This document shows, piece after piece, positions 10,030 through 19,861 of a stretch of 64,000 nucleotides of DNA; the first letter of the stretch is position 1; each line of letters starts with the position of its first letter. The notes below the pieces were generated by a model. The model had not been told where the DNA came from. It saw only the letters and a list, made by a program, of their open reading frames with translations, and ran no database searches. Position numbers and translations under genes: made by a program. This stretch comes from a virus: the IMG/VR virus record IMGVR_UViG_3300029922_000004; one strand, given 5' to 3'.

Positions 10030-10784
10030 TTATTCCTTTCTAGCCATCGGTCATAACAGAATCCGTCGCTACAAAAATGACTTAGTTCAGGCTTTTCTAT
10101 CGTCGTCCTCTCGTGAATACATCTGAAAGTCGCGAACGCAATAAAATCTTCCTTACTCTTGTAATAAATACTCTGCGCTTCCAGCGTCTCCAAACCGTTT
10201 TTCGCGGCGTAGTCTATAGCCTTGGCGCGGAGTAAGTCGTCAAACGGCAAACCATTGTCCTCTAAAAATACCGTTGGTTTTATATCCCCAAATTCGGGTA
10301 CGTGAAAGTGTCCTTCCAGCGAGTTAAGATGCAGGAATGAATCGTAGAATGGAATCGCCAAAGTCAAACTGTCATTCCAGAATTTTTTGAGATTTTTAAA
10401 GTCTATACAGGCATTATAGTAGAAGCCTTGGTTGGCGGCAAAACTCCAAATTTTTATAAGTTGTTTATAGCCCGCGTTATTCTTGGCGAAGATGACGTAT
10501 TTGGCGCGATTTTTAAGGGATTTTTCGTCTTGGTTTTCAATATTATTGGTGAATTCCAAGCGAAGACCGAAATTTAAATTAAGTTTGTTAGCAATACATC
10601 CTTCGACGGCTTCAATATACCCAGTCATACAATCTTCTACGAGACACAGCGACTTTTCTCCAGAATGTAAGACTAAATCAAAAATTGAAGGAGGATAATA
10701 GTCTATTTTGCCTTTTACTTTTCCGAGTGTGATGATACTTTTCCCGATGGAAAAGTGGGATTTATAACAGGCTAAAATTTTCAT
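10026..10784 (-). CDS. Stand-alone PHP domain of DNA polymerase III alpha
   Basis: KSHFSIGKS, FGLRL, IFAKNNAGYKQLIKI match the DnaE PHP domain. Confidence 0.8.
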   Translation of the reverse strand: MKILACYKSHFSIGKSIITLGKVKGKIDYYPPSIFDLVLHSGEKSLCLVEDCMTGYIEAVEGCIANKLNLNFGLRLEFTNNIENQDEKSLKNRAKYVIFAKNNAGYKQLIKIWSFAANQGFYYNACIDFKNLKKFWNDSLTLAIPFYDSFLHLNSLEGHFHVPEFGDIKPTVFLEDNGLPFDDLLRAKAIDYAAKNGLETLEAQSIYYKSKEDFIAFATFRCIHERTTIEKPELSHFCSDGFCYDRWLERNK

Positions 10785-11809
10785 ACGCGATTTTTCGGAG
10801 GAAGAGAGTTTTGTTTAATTTCAAAGATTCCATTTCCGATTGCTTCCGTGAGAGTAGAATATCCGCTATAACTAACATAGGATGCGATTCCAGACCATAA
10901 ATCTTCCACCAATTCCTTGAGGGGTTTAAGTTCGCGGATTTCATTAATCTCCTTGCCCTCAGAGTGTCTTACTATTTTGCCGTGAGTGAGAATTTGCTGT
11001 TTGTGACTAGCCCCGCCCCAATATGCACCATCTCCATTCAGATTAGATTCCGCTTCCAAAGCGTTCATAAAATACCCGCCTAGCATGATGTAGTCTGCGC
11101 CCGCCGCTAAAGCCTTGCAAGCAGAACTTCCTTTGTGAATCCCGCCGTCTGCACAGATATAAGACTTTAACTGACTCCAATTATCATTACTAGACTTGCC
11201 TTCAACGCACTCCATGATTTCCGTAATCTGCCCGCGATTTACCCCAACAACATCAGAAGTAGAACAAGGGCGACCATTTGCGATACCAACCCTGACAATC
11301 AATTCGGGGATTTCCAAGTCTTTGCAAATTTCCGAGAGATAATAAAAACCCTCTAAGGAGTGAATATTCCCAATAACTAAAGACTCAATCTCAGTCATAT
11401 CTAGCATTTTAGAAAGACTTTCCTTAATTTGGGGCATGTAACCATTAGCACAATCTAAACACCATTTTCGGGGACTGCTAAAATTCGTCAGGTATCCTAT
11501 CCTATCTGCGTCGTCTAAACCAACCGAACAATAAACATTTTGAGTGTTATATTTGTTACCCCAATCATGGTCTATTTTTTCGTAGATATCGCGTTGTGAT
11601 TCGGGTGTTCCAAAACGATGAAGACAAACTGTAAGTCCTAATTTCGCGGCGGCAACGGCGAACTTTTCTCCTACTACTGCCATCATTGGACTGACGATAA
11701 TTCGGCGGAGTTCTTTCGGAACGTCGGCGCGGGATTTAACTTGGCCGACCTGTGCTATAAGATTAACGTCGGGATAGTAAAGGCTTTTGGTTTTTAAAAT
11801 GGTCGCCAT
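10781..11809 (-). CDS. guaC: GMP reductase / IMPDH-family protein
   Basis: SPMMAV, LHRF, RVGIANGRPCST, ADGGI, MLGG, SYVSYSG; no CBS domains. Confidence 0.75.
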   Translation of the reverse strand: MATILKTKSLYYPDVNLIAQVGQVKSRADVPKELRRIIVSPMMAVVGEKFAVAAAKLGLTVCLHRFGTPESQRDIYEKIDHDWGNKYNTQNVYCSVGLDDADRIGYLTNFSSPRKWCLDCANGYMPQIKESLSKMLDMTEIESLVIGNIHSLEGFYYLSEICKDLEIPELIVRVGIANGRPCSTSDVVGVNRGQITEIMECVEGKSSNDNWSQLKSYICADGGIHKGSSACKALAAGADYIMLGGYFMNALEAESNLNGDGAYWGGASHKQQILTHGKIVRHSEGKEINEIRELKPLKELVEDLWSGIASYVSYSGYSTLTEAIGNGIFEIKQNSLPPKNRV

Positions 11810-11810
11810 G

Positions 11811-12203
11811 TTATTTGTTAAATATATTCCCTACTACTGTCTTTCGAAACAAATCTACGAGCCTTAAGACTCGCCCGCCACAGCGTGTATTTTCCAGTGT
11901 GACAAACGAGCCTCGCGCAATATCTACTGTGACCGCGCCGCGATATTTTAGGAGAACTTTGGTGACCGTGGGAGGATTTTTATCCCAATTGATTGGTTCT
12001 TTCCATTCAATAATGTCACCGTCGTAAATTTCTTTATCGTTAATATCAAGGAGACCGGTGAATTGTTGAATGATATAATCTTTATTGAAAATCTTATTTA
12101 AATCAATTATCCCGCCGCTTACTCCTTGAATTCCAAATCCTGTAGTGATTGGAAGCCAAGTTTTTTCCTTAATATCCCAAAGCCTGAATTTAAGTTTATT
12201 CAC
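11811..12203 (-). CDS. YopX-family protein
   Basis: KFRLWD, QQFTGLLDINDKEIYDGDII, VVGNIF. Confidence 0.85.
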   Translation of the reverse strand: MNKLKFRLWDIKEKTWLPITTGFGIQGVSGGIIDLNKIFNKDYIIQQFTGLLDINDKEIYDGDIIEWKEPINWDKNPPTVTKVLLKYRGAVTVDIARGSFVTLENTRCGGRVLRLVDLFRKTVVGNIFNK

Positions 12204-12209
12204 CTCTCC

Positions 12210-12239
12210 AATATATCAGAGTTTTCGGGGAAAGTCAAG
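12210..12239 (-). promoter_or_regulatory. Sigma70-type promoter
   Basis: cTTGACT-17-TATATT with CCCCGAAAA in the spacer. Confidence 0.7.
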
Positions 12240-13310
12240 CTAAAATAAATCATCCAACACATTAGAAGTATCAAAATTCTTGATTTGAGTCTCTGGGAGG
12301 TCGTTAATCACATTACGGAACTTTGGGCAACCAGAATATGTCCTCTTTTCAATGGTTTCTCCATCGGCGGGATGTAATTCTTCACTTTTGAAGGCTGATT
12401 TTATGATTTTATTATCTTTTATTAAAACGTGATAAAAAAATGCTAGTTTAAAGGGGCATTTCCATTTGAGAGTTCCGTCCTTCTTCAATTCGCCGTGTTT
12501 GTTTGAAAACCCGCACATTAATTTTCCAGAAAAGCCCTCCTTTGGCATTCCCTTATCCGCCGCGAAATTAGAGTAGGCATCTTTCTCGGTAAAATTATCA
12601 ACCGTTTCTTGTGTCGCTGCTAGATAATGTTCAAACCCCTTTAGAGTATCGTCAGAAAATTTGACTTCTTGAACTGGGTTTTCCGGGAATTGCAAAAAGA
12701 TAAATCTTACAATCGGAGTCTTATCGGGGTATAACTTCTTGACCGCGAGAGAATACATCAGGGCTTGGATGGAAGAATGCTCGTCAGAACCCGAAAATTT
12801 CATTTTGGAACTTTTATAGTCTTGGATGATAATAAATTCGTCCTTGAGGGCTATAACGTCCACTGTTCCATAAATGTTGTATTTAGGAGATTCGTTCTTA
12901 ATCTTGAAACGATATTCCCGCCCGATTATTTTGCTGCCTTTAATGAAGAAGTCTGTATTTAATCCAACTAGAATCATGGCATCAATCTTATCAAAAATTT
13001 CTTTATCTGGAGGGAGATGGTTTTTTTTGATTAGTTTCTTGACTAAGCGTTCGGTAGCGGGATGGGCGCAGACTGTTTTAGCTTTGACGATGGGTTTAAA
13101 GAAGTGTTTGTGACGCGGATTAAGTAGACACTCGAAGAACGAATGACAGCAATTACCCTGCAATGCGCCTCTGTTATCTTCCTGTGGTAAATCAAGAACG
13201 TATCGACAATAGTAACTCCAGCTACATGACTCTAAAGTTTTTAGGGCTGAACTACGCTGATAGTTATCTCCGTCAGAAACATAAAATGAAGCATCTGTTT
13301 CTATCTTCAC
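12240..13310 (-). CDS. PD-(D/E)xK exonuclease (RecB/Cas4-like)
   Basis: SALKTLESC, GTVDV, IQDYKSS, QALMYSLA; conserved Cys residues. Confidence 0.8.
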   Translation of the reverse strand: MKIETDASFYVSDGDNYQRSSALKTLESCSWSYYCRYVLDLPQEDNRGALQGNCCHSFFECLLNPRHKHFFKPIVKAKTVCAHPATERLVKKLIKKNHLPPDKEIFDKIDAMILVGLNTDFFIKGSKIIGREYRFKIKNESPKYNIYGTVDVIALKDEFIIIQDYKSSKMKFSGSDEHSSIQALMYSLAVKKLYPDKTPIVRFIFLQFPENPVQEVKFSDDTLKGFEHYLAATQETVDNFTEKDAYSNFAADKGMPKEGFSGKLMCGFSNKHGELKKDGTLKWKCPFKLAFFYHVLIKDNKIIKSAFKSEELHPADGETIEKRTYSGCPKFRNVINDLPETQIKNFDTSNVLDDLF

Positions 13311-14191
13311 AGATATTTTTCCTTATACTCTAAAATCTCGGCGGAAGTCATCATTCCAAAATCATTCTTCGGCGGGAGAGCGATTACTACTTGGCTTTCG
13401 TCAAAATAGTTTAGTAACTCCTCTTTAATATCTTCCGCAGCGCGGTTTCCCACGAAGTTATTTTCGAAGTCATTATTTGTGGCTATGATAATTTTGCCCA
13501 CGTCTAATTTGAGGAGATGTTGGATAATTTTAGTGCTGAGATTTACGCCGAAGAGAACGATGACGTTTTTTATACCGTTGTCGAAAAGTTGCAAAAAATC
13601 TCCAATCGATTCTACCAAAAGTACTGAGTTATTTTGCTTGATGTATTGAGTAAACTGAGGAAAGACCCACGAGCTTTTTACTCCGAGGTGCTTCCAGCGG
13701 ATGTCGGCGTCTGTAATTGACCGTCCTGATAAGCCTATTAAATCATCCCCCTCCCAGATTGGGAAAACGTATCGGCCATTCATCCTGTTTTTGACTGCAA
13801 CCCCGCCGCCGAATACATCTAAAGTAGCATTTGATACCCCGCGAGAGTTCCAGTAAGAATTGTCTTTAATTAGCTTTAGAAGTAGGGTTTTATCGAATTT
13901 CTTGGTTTCTGTCAGTTCTGTGCATTCCCCGTTGTAAATGGAGATGGGTAAGTCCTTCAAATACGCGGCGGAATCGCTCAGGCTTGGCAGTTTAAGCGTT
14001 ATTTGCACGAGTTGGGCTAAAGTCCCGCCTTTTCTCTCTACGAAGTCAAACCAAAAACCCGTGGTCTTATTTATGGAAATCGCGGTATTGTTATCTCCGT
14101 CGCGGTAAATTGCCCTAGTAGACCATTCGTGGCCGCAATCCGTCAGGTTTGTATAGCCGATTTCGTGGAGGATGGAGAGAATGTCGGTCAT
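13307..14191 (-). CDS. dnaG: DNA primase (Toprim)
   Basis: FPIW...GRSI, LLVESIGD, ATNND; start placed at the ATGA overlap with the upstream gene. Confidence 0.82.
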   Translation of the reverse strand: MTDILSILHEIGYTNLTDCGHEWSTRAIYRDGDNNTAISINKTTGFWFDFVERKGGTLAQLVQITLKLPSLSDSAAYLKDLPISIYNGECTELTETKKFDKTLLLKLIKDNSYWNSRGVSNATLDVFGGGVAVKNRMNGRYVFPIWEGDDLIGLSGRSITDADIRWKHLGVKSSWVFPQFTQYIKQNNSVLLVESIGDFLQLFDNGIKNVIVLFGVNLSTKIIQHLLKLDVGKIIIATNNDFENNFVGNRAAEDIKEELLNYFDESQVVIALPPKNDFGMMTSAEILEYKEKYL

Positions 14192-15051
14192 ACGTATTCC
14201 CATTTGAAACCGCCAGAAGTTTTGGCTTTTCCCTTACAGACCTTCACAATTCCACCGGCTTCTATATTTAATGCTTTTGACGCTATTCTAATTCCATCCC
14301 ATATTTTTATAATTTGGCCAGTCTTTTTATCTATTTGTTTAACAGACTTTCTTTTGTCTTTGTTATTGTTACTTAATTTGGATTTGCACGTGGCTTTGAT
14401 TTTTAATTTTATATGCTCTGGCATAATTCTACCGACATTATATTTGTTCCCCATATTAGCTTTAGAGATTCTTTCTCTAACTTTTTTAGAGTGTGTCTTC
14501 CCAAAAAACGGATTATCTTCTCCTAGTCTGGTATTTTTAAGTGAACTTGATATTTTATTTTTTGTGTCTATAGATAGTTTCTTGCCCTCGTGGGAATGAG
14601 AGATTTTATTACGTATTTTTTTTGAAAGGTGTTTTCCGAAACCCTTATGGTTTTTCCCGCTTCTTGATGCGTATATTCTTTTCTTTTCTTCTCCAGAAAA
14701 AACTCTCAAATTAAAATTTCTACCGATTAGACATACATTATATCCGTGTCCAAACTCTGTTAATGATTTATAGAAGTCAATAAACGCTGTTTCCAACGCA
14801 ACCACCTCCAAAATATCTACGTTCTTATCATCAAAGAAGTGAAGGATTTCTATTTTAAAATTATCTTTACCATATTTAATCATTGCATGATTAATTGGAT
14901 TGTTTGGATGATTTTTGTAATAATATGCTGCAATGCGTCTTTTTAAATTTGTACTCATGCCAACATATCTTTTATTATCTATGATATTTGTGAATAAATA
15001 TATACCCGGTAATTTCGGAATAGTATCTTTGATTTTAGTATAAAAGTTCAT
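14188..15051 (-). CDS. GIY-YIG homing endonuclease with NUMOD3 repeats and NUMOD1-like HTH
   Basis: PGIYLF...YVGMS; KHLS/NPFFGKTHS repeats; C-terminal GFKWEY. Confidence 0.9.
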   Translation of the reverse strand: MNFYTKIKDTIPKLPGIYLFTNIIDNKRYVGMSTNLKRRIAAYYYKNHPNNPINHAMIKYGKDNFKIEILHFFDDKNVDILEVVALETAFIDFYKSLTEFGHGYNVCLIGRNFNLRVFSGEEKKRIYASRSGKNHKGFGKHLSKKIRNKISHSHEGKKLSIDTKNKISSSLKNTRLGEDNPFFGKTHSKKVRERISKANMGNKYNVGRIMPEHIKLKIKATCKSKLSNNNKDKRKSVKQIDKKTGQIIKIWDGIRIASKALNIEAGGIVKVCKGKAKTSGGFKWEYV

Positions 15052-15053
15052 TT

Positions 15054-15144
15054 CTATCCTATGGTAACGCAGTCAGGGGTAAGCCTAGAAGTCCCTTCTA
15101 AGGGGAACATAGGATAGTAAAATTTCTTACCGTTTGCTGCGTTA
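15054..15144 (-). ncRNA. Pseudoknotted leader RNA upstream of the GIY-YIG gene
   Basis: Perfect 8-bp, 6-bp and crossing 10-bp helices, directly after a GTGTAA box (15152-15157). Confidence 0.55.
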
Positions 15145-15172
15145 AAATATATTACACCTAATTTCATAAAAG

Positions 15173-16654
15173 TTATAAAGTTTCTTCAACTATTTCGGGT
15201 TTATCCGAAACTAAAAACTGAGCATTAGCACGAGCGATTGAATCTTTTAACGAGCCACATTCAGTTACTTTAAAATTCTTAATATCAAAATTTACAAAGT
15301 TATTTATATACTTTTTCTTTCCATCGGGAAAGACGCGTAAAATTTTGTCCTGATGGCCAGCGGCATCGCGCCCGCAGAATCTGTTGACCAAGCAAATTAA
15401 TTTGTGTGAACCTGATTCAATAGTGTCTAAAACTATTTCTTCCGAGACTCTCCTTCTTAAAATCCAAACTCCGCTAGAATACCATGTGATTCTGTCACTG
15501 ACCGCCACCGAACTCTCATCATCGTTTAAATCTTCTACGCTTTTATTACTCGTAATTCCTTGTCTGTTTGACTGCACAGCAGAAAGGACTGGACACTGTA
15601 ATTCTTCTGCGAGTTTCTTAAGGGCGTCGACTTTTTCGCCCATAAGGGCAAACTCTGATTGGTTGTAGCCTAATTTATCCAAAGCTTTAATATAATCAAA
15701 ACAAATCAAACATTTATTACCTCGACCCACTTTTTTTAAATACCATCTGCGGGCTATAGAAATTACTTGTTCTATCTTTTTATTGCCAATGGCGTAGTGG
15801 GTAACATTATATTCTGTTTTAATACCTTTTAAGGTGTCTCTTACTCTTTTAAGATAATCGGGATTCTTTCTAAAGTTCCCAGTTTCTATGAACCACATTG
15901 GAACTCCACTTTTTGCGGCTATCGTTCTAAATTGGACTTCTTCTGTCGATAATTCGGTGTCTAAAATTAGGACCGGACATTTATGCATCTTACTCATCTC
16001 ACTCGCTGTTTCGTCAATCCAATTACTTTTACCAGCCTTGGCTCTTGCAGCGATAATATATAGATTTCCGGCACGTAGACCCCCATACAATCTATTAAAT
16101 TCCGGGTATGGCGTCTGTAGGCCCGTTTCTTCAACGGGATTATTTCCCCTTTCCTCGACCAAATCTTCCATCCCATCAAACAAATCAACTTCACCATCTT
16201 CTACTGCAAATGAATTAATTTTTGCTCCGTAGATTCCATCAATTTCGGTTATCGTAGCTTCAAGCTCTTGGTTGACTGATTTTTTAATGTGGGATTGAAT
16301 CTCATTGCAAGTCCCATCTATTTCCCTTAAAACGCGGAGCTTGACTAATTCCTTACAAGCCTTAATCGTAGCGTCTTTTGTAAGAGGTGTAAAAGTTATG
16401 CTTTCGAGGTAAGAGAAAATATCAATTTCTCCTTTGAACGCTATCCCCAAATTCTTAATTTTCTGTGCCAGTAAAACCTTGTCAATTTTCTCATTTGCGA
16501 GATAAGAAGATTTTAGGACACTATAAATCGTACTATGCGGTTGAGCCACGAAGTCTTTCTCAGACATGAAAGATTCGACTTCTGCCAAGATATCGGGATT
16601 ATTTACAAGTCCAGAGAGAGCGTGGCGTTCAACTTGAATCGAAGATAGTGACAT
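15173..16654 (-). CDS. dnaB: Replicative DNA helicase
   Basis: N-terminal helical domain, Walker A ARAKAGKS, FDYIK, QSNR, NRF. Confidence 0.9.
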   Translation of the reverse strand: MSLSSIQVERHALSGLVNNPDILAEVESFMSEKDFVAQPHSTIYSVLKSSYLANEKIDKVLLAQKIKNLGIAFKGEIDIFSYLESITFTPLTKDATIKACKELVKLRVLREIDGTCNEIQSHIKKSVNQELEATITEIDGIYGAKINSFAVEDGEVDLFDGMEDLVEERGNNPVEETGLQTPYPEFNRLYGGLRAGNLYIIAARAKAGKSNWIDETASEMSKMHKCPVLILDTELSTEEVQFRTIAAKSGVPMWFIETGNFRKNPDYLKRVRDTLKGIKTEYNVTHYAIGNKKIEQVISIARRWYLKKVGRGNKCLICFDYIKALDKLGYNQSEFALMGEKVDALKKLAEELQCPVLSAVQSNRQGITSNKSVEDLNDDESSVAVSDRITWYSSGVWILRRRVSEEIVLDTIESGSHKLICLVNRFCGRDAAGHQDKILRVFPDGKKKYINNFVNFDIKNFKVTECGSLKDSIARANAQFLVSDKPEIVEETL

Positions 16655-16663
16655 TTCCTAATA

Positions 16664-16693
16664 ACTATATCAGGATTTTCGGGAAAAGTCAAG
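16664..16693 (-). promoter_or_regulatory. Sigma70-type promoter
   Basis: cTTGACT-17-TATAGT with TTTTCCCGAAAA. Confidence 0.72.
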
Positions 16694-16695
16694 GA

Positions 16696-16989
16696 TTAAG
16701 CTTCCTTAAATTCTTCTTCCCCGTCTTCCGGCGGTTCCATACCCATCATAAACTCGGCCTTTTGACTTTCAACGCCCAAGTCTGAAATGGCTTTACTCCA
16801 CGCTCCGATGTGTTGTTGTAATGCCAAACAATGAGCGGGGGAATCAAAAGTAACGGCCTCTTCGGGATGCCCATGCTCCGAGTTAAAGTAGAAAACGATA
16901 AATCCGCCGACACAATGCTCGTTCAACTGGTCAAGAACTTCCTCTGGAATTCTGCCGTCGTTTTGCGGGGCTTGTTGTTCTTCTTTCAT
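16696..16989 (-). CDS. Hypothetical protein
   Basis: 97-aa acidic ORF in operon context. Confidence 0.65.
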   Translation of the reverse strand: MKEEQQAPQNDGRIPEEVLDQLNEHCVGGFIVFYFNSEHGHPEEAVTFDSPAHCLALQQHIGAWSKAISDLGVESQKAEFMMGMEPPEDGEEEFKEA

Positions 16990-17049
16990 ACTAATAATTA
17001 CACTTTATTATAGCAGAAAATATTCAGAAGTTATGGCGTAATTTACTCT

Positions 17050-17463
17050 TTACAAAGTAATATCAAATTTTTCTTTGAAGAAGGCGGGGGAAAGTTTGTC
17101 TACCTCATCATAATTGATTCTGACCAACTGAAATTCGTTCTTCTCAAGCCAAGCGTCTTTTTTTATATCATTTTTAATTGCGGCGAGATACTTAGAGGGG
17201 CTGTTGTTATGAAACCATCCCATCTCATTATGTTGCTGGCCGTCAATTTCAACTGCTATCTTTAGGGTAAGATTAACGATATCTACCTTCAATAAAGACC
17301 CGAAGGCAGGGAATTCTTCGTAGCAAAGCATATTAGACCAAAATGGCTTAAGAAATTGCTTCACATTAAACTGTAACTTCGACCGACTCTTACCGTCCCA
17401 ATCAATCAAATATTGGGAGACATTTTTATTAACTAATTTACCGTATGTATTATAGAGCCTCAT
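17050..17463 (-). CDS. Vsr/DUF559-like endonuclease
   Basis: VD...IAVEIDGQQH...D..K pattern. Confidence 0.75.
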   Translation of the reverse strand: MRLYNTYGKLVNKNVSQYLIDWDGKSRSKLQFNVKQFLKPFWSNMLCYEEFPAFGSLLKVDIVNLTLKIAVEIDGQQHNEMGWFHNNSPSKYLAAIKNDIKKDAWLEKNEFQLVRINYDEVDKLSPAFFKEKFDITL

Positions 17464-19633
17464 TTGAAGTTGCTCCGGCCACTAATTTTTTAATTTTAGT
17501 ATATAGAAACTGTGATACTTTTGGGTTGGCTTCAAAAAGTTTTACGCATTTATCTTCGCCCTGTATCTTTTCGGGGAAATCGGGGTTAATCTCTCGAATT
17601 TCTTTAAGAACGGATGAATCAAATTCAATCCAAGAACCCTTGCTTTTTAACATTTGATAAAACAAACCCAAATCATACAATTCTTTTTCAACCCATATTG
17701 AGTTTCCGGCTTCACGCCCATAGATAATAGGATACCTTACTGTCTCTCCCGTTGTCTCGTTGGTCGTTTTTTGTAGTCGTATAATGCAGTTATGTCCAAT
17801 CTTTTTGCTTTTATACATTTCGCCGTCCCAAAACATGTCAATCTGACCATTCTGAACTGGTAGAAATTCAAAAGCCCAAGAAGCGGCGTGTTCAAGACTC
17901 CTTCCGCCGGAGGTCTTCATTTGTTTCCAAGCGGCTTGCTGTTTCCCAATTTGAACTGTATCTCGAAATTGAGAAATCATTATGGTCGTGTGGCCAAGTC
18001 GCGGCAATAAGATATTAAAACATTTAAAAAAATGTGAAGTAATAGCCGTAATTCCGCCTTTTTGAGAAGACTCTCCAAAGTCAACGTCGAAAGCCGCTCT
18101 AGGGGCAAAATTATCCATCGAGTCCAGAACAAAAATGTATTGTTTATCTGTAAAATATTTTCCGCCTGAACCGATTAATCCTTTAATTGTGTTGCAAACG
18201 GTCTCATATTCGCGGGTACGAATAATATAACAGGTCCCATCTTCCCAATCCTCTAGTTTATCCACAAATTTTACCCCACATCTTTCAAGAAGGTTTTCGC
18301 TAAGGTCTTTATCTGAAAGAAAGTAAACTCCACGCCGATTTTTTTCTGAAAGAAATATTTTAGCGACATTTAGGGAAAATGAAGTATTATGGGTAAGATT
18401 AAATCCCTCGGTTAGGTAAAGATTATCTGGTGAGTCAACTTGAATACAGACGCATTCTTTTTCTCCGGCGGGTTGGATGTCTACTATCAGTTTTTCGGAT
18501 TCAAAAATTCTATTTTGATAGAGATTTTTTTTGCGTTCGAGAATAAAGGGACAAAAATTTGAAAAACTCATTCTAACTCTGTAACTTATATGACCTTTCT
18601 TTTTGATTCCTTTATGAGTAAAGGATGTAATTCTGCTTTTGTAAGTGGCTCGCCCTCCTAAACTTCTTACTAAAAAGACTACTTGTTCTGCTAATTTAAT
18701 GGATGTCGAAGAAAATTCCGCTCCACTATTTTTATCTGGCCGAGTATTATTGCCATCGGTATCCATTAATCCCTGTAGAATTTTTTTTCTGTTGAGAATA
18801 GAGGAGTATAAGTAAGTTTCAGGAATAAACTTATCATAAGACAACTTACCCCATAATCCCATCTCGGTAAGGGTATTTCTTAATTTCGGGGAATAGATAT
18901 AATATTCGTATCTCCTTGTTTTTCCTATTTTTTTAATTCTTTTATCAGAGAATTTAAGTCTCTTGTCTATCTCGTTCAACAATTGTTGGTCAGCCGTAGT
19001 ATATGAAACCTCATTCTTCCTTCTAAAAGAACCGTCTCCAAGCAATAACCCTAATACATATGGGTCTATTGGTAGTTTTTCATTTTGGGTTTTAAACTCG
19101 ACAGCCTTAACATAAGGAATGGAATGATTTTTATGGTCGCCTATTTTTAACGTTTGCTTAAGAAAGCCGGTCGTCTTTACTGAACCTTTTTTATTTCGCT
19201 CTCTGTCATTTTGGTTTCTGGTCAGCCACAGATGCTCATCGCAACAATAAACCTCTGTATAGTCTTCAAATATAACCTTATTAATTTTTTTTATCCCTTG
19301 GGGGAAAATATTAAGAACTTGTTTTGCTTTCCCATCGGAACCAATAACAAGACAGCTCTGTTTCAAATCCCCGATTGATTTCCATCCATAGGGGGTCATT
19401 ACTTTACTATCAATCGGCTGTGCTTTACCTGCTTCGGCTGGACCCGCGCAACGGACAATGGTGTTATGCAACCCCCCGCCGAGTTGTAGGTCGAATTTAA
19501 GGCTACCAGTTGATATTTCGTATGACTGAGGCTCAATGTCGTTGAAGTGGCCGTTTTTGTCGAGAACGGCTTGCATCCTTGCTTGTTGTGAATCTGTTTT
19601 TTCTTCTGGTTTTTGTATTTTTTCTTTTGCCAT
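17450..19633 (-). CDS. recA: RecA/UvsX recombinase with intein
   Basis: STGSLKFDLQLGGG, Walker A GPAEAGK|TS split by the intein, VLDS, ISQFR, GGRSLEH. Confidence 0.88.
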   Translation of the reverse strand: MAKEKIQKPEEKTDSQQARMQAVLDKNGHFNDIEPQSYEISTGSLKFDLQLGGGLHNTIVRCAGPAEAGKAQPIDSKVMTPYGWKSIGDLKQSCLVIGSDGKAKQVLNIFPQGIKKINKVIFEDYTEVYCCDEHLWLTRNQNDRERNKKGSVKTTGFLKQTLKIGDHKNHSIPYVKAVEFKTQNEKLPIDPYVLGLLLGDGSFRRKNEVSYTTADQQLLNEIDKRLKFSDKRIKKIGKTRRYEYYIYSPKLRNTLTEMGLWGKLSYDKFIPETYLYSSILNRKKILQGLMDTDGNNTRPDKNSGAEFSSTSIKLAEQVVFLVRSLGGRATYKSRITSFTHKGIKKKGHISYRVRMSFSNFCPFILERKKNLYQNRIFESEKLIVDIQPAGEKECVCIQVDSPDNLYLTEGFNLTHNTSFSLNVAKIFLSEKNRRGVYFLSDKDLSENLLERCGVKFVDKLEDWEDGTCYIIRTREYETVCNTIKGLIGSGGKYFTDKQYIFVLDSMDNFAPRAAFDVDFGESSQKGGITAITSHFFKCFNILLPRLGHTTIMISQFRDTVQIGKQQAAWKQMKTSGGRSLEHAASWAFEFLPVQNGQIDMFWDGEMYKSKKIGHNCIIRLQKTTNETTGETVRYPIIYGREAGNSIWVEKELYDLGLFYQMLKSKGSWIEFDSSVLKEIREINPDFPEKIQGEDKCVKLFEANPKVSQFLYTKIKKLVAGATSNEAL
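18386..19423 (-). mobile_element. Class 3 intein with LAGLIDADG endonuclease (346 aa)
   Basis: Ala1 (AQP), HLW in block B, CVCIQV in block F, THN|T end; LGLLLGDGS and LQGLMDTDG motifs. Confidence 0.88.
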
Positions 19634-19636
19634 AAA

Positions 19637-19861
19637 TTAATATTGTATCTTTGTATGTTTATGCGGCGGATTTTCGTAAAGTAACTCTTCAATACGCGAT
19701 AGTCTCTCTTCGGGAGTCAGGCCCTTTAAACCGGACAAAAACTGACGCTTGGCTTTATTGTATTTCTTCCAGCGACAGTCTTGACAGACTCCGCTTCCAT
19801 CAACAACCTCGTATTTGTCTTTTTCGCATTCCAAGCAGGTCAATGTTGTGATTAGAGCCAT
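19637..19861 (-). CDS. Small Cys-containing hypothetical protein
   Basis: CxxC...CxxC, operon spacing. Confidence 0.6.
   Translation of the reverse strand: MALITTLTCLECEKDKYEVVDGSGVCQDCRWKKYNKAKRQFLSGLKGLTPEERLSRIEELLYENPPHKHTKIQY

Noticed and set aside
12240-13310. Cas4 as a sign of a CRISPR system
   Set aside because: It is a stand-alone PD-(D/E)xK nuclease in the replication block, with no array or cas1
15054-15144. Twister or HDV-like ribozyme assignment
   Set aside because: Lacks the twister GCAGAG/T1 elements and the HDV P4 and J4/2 catalytic C; kept as an unassigned structure
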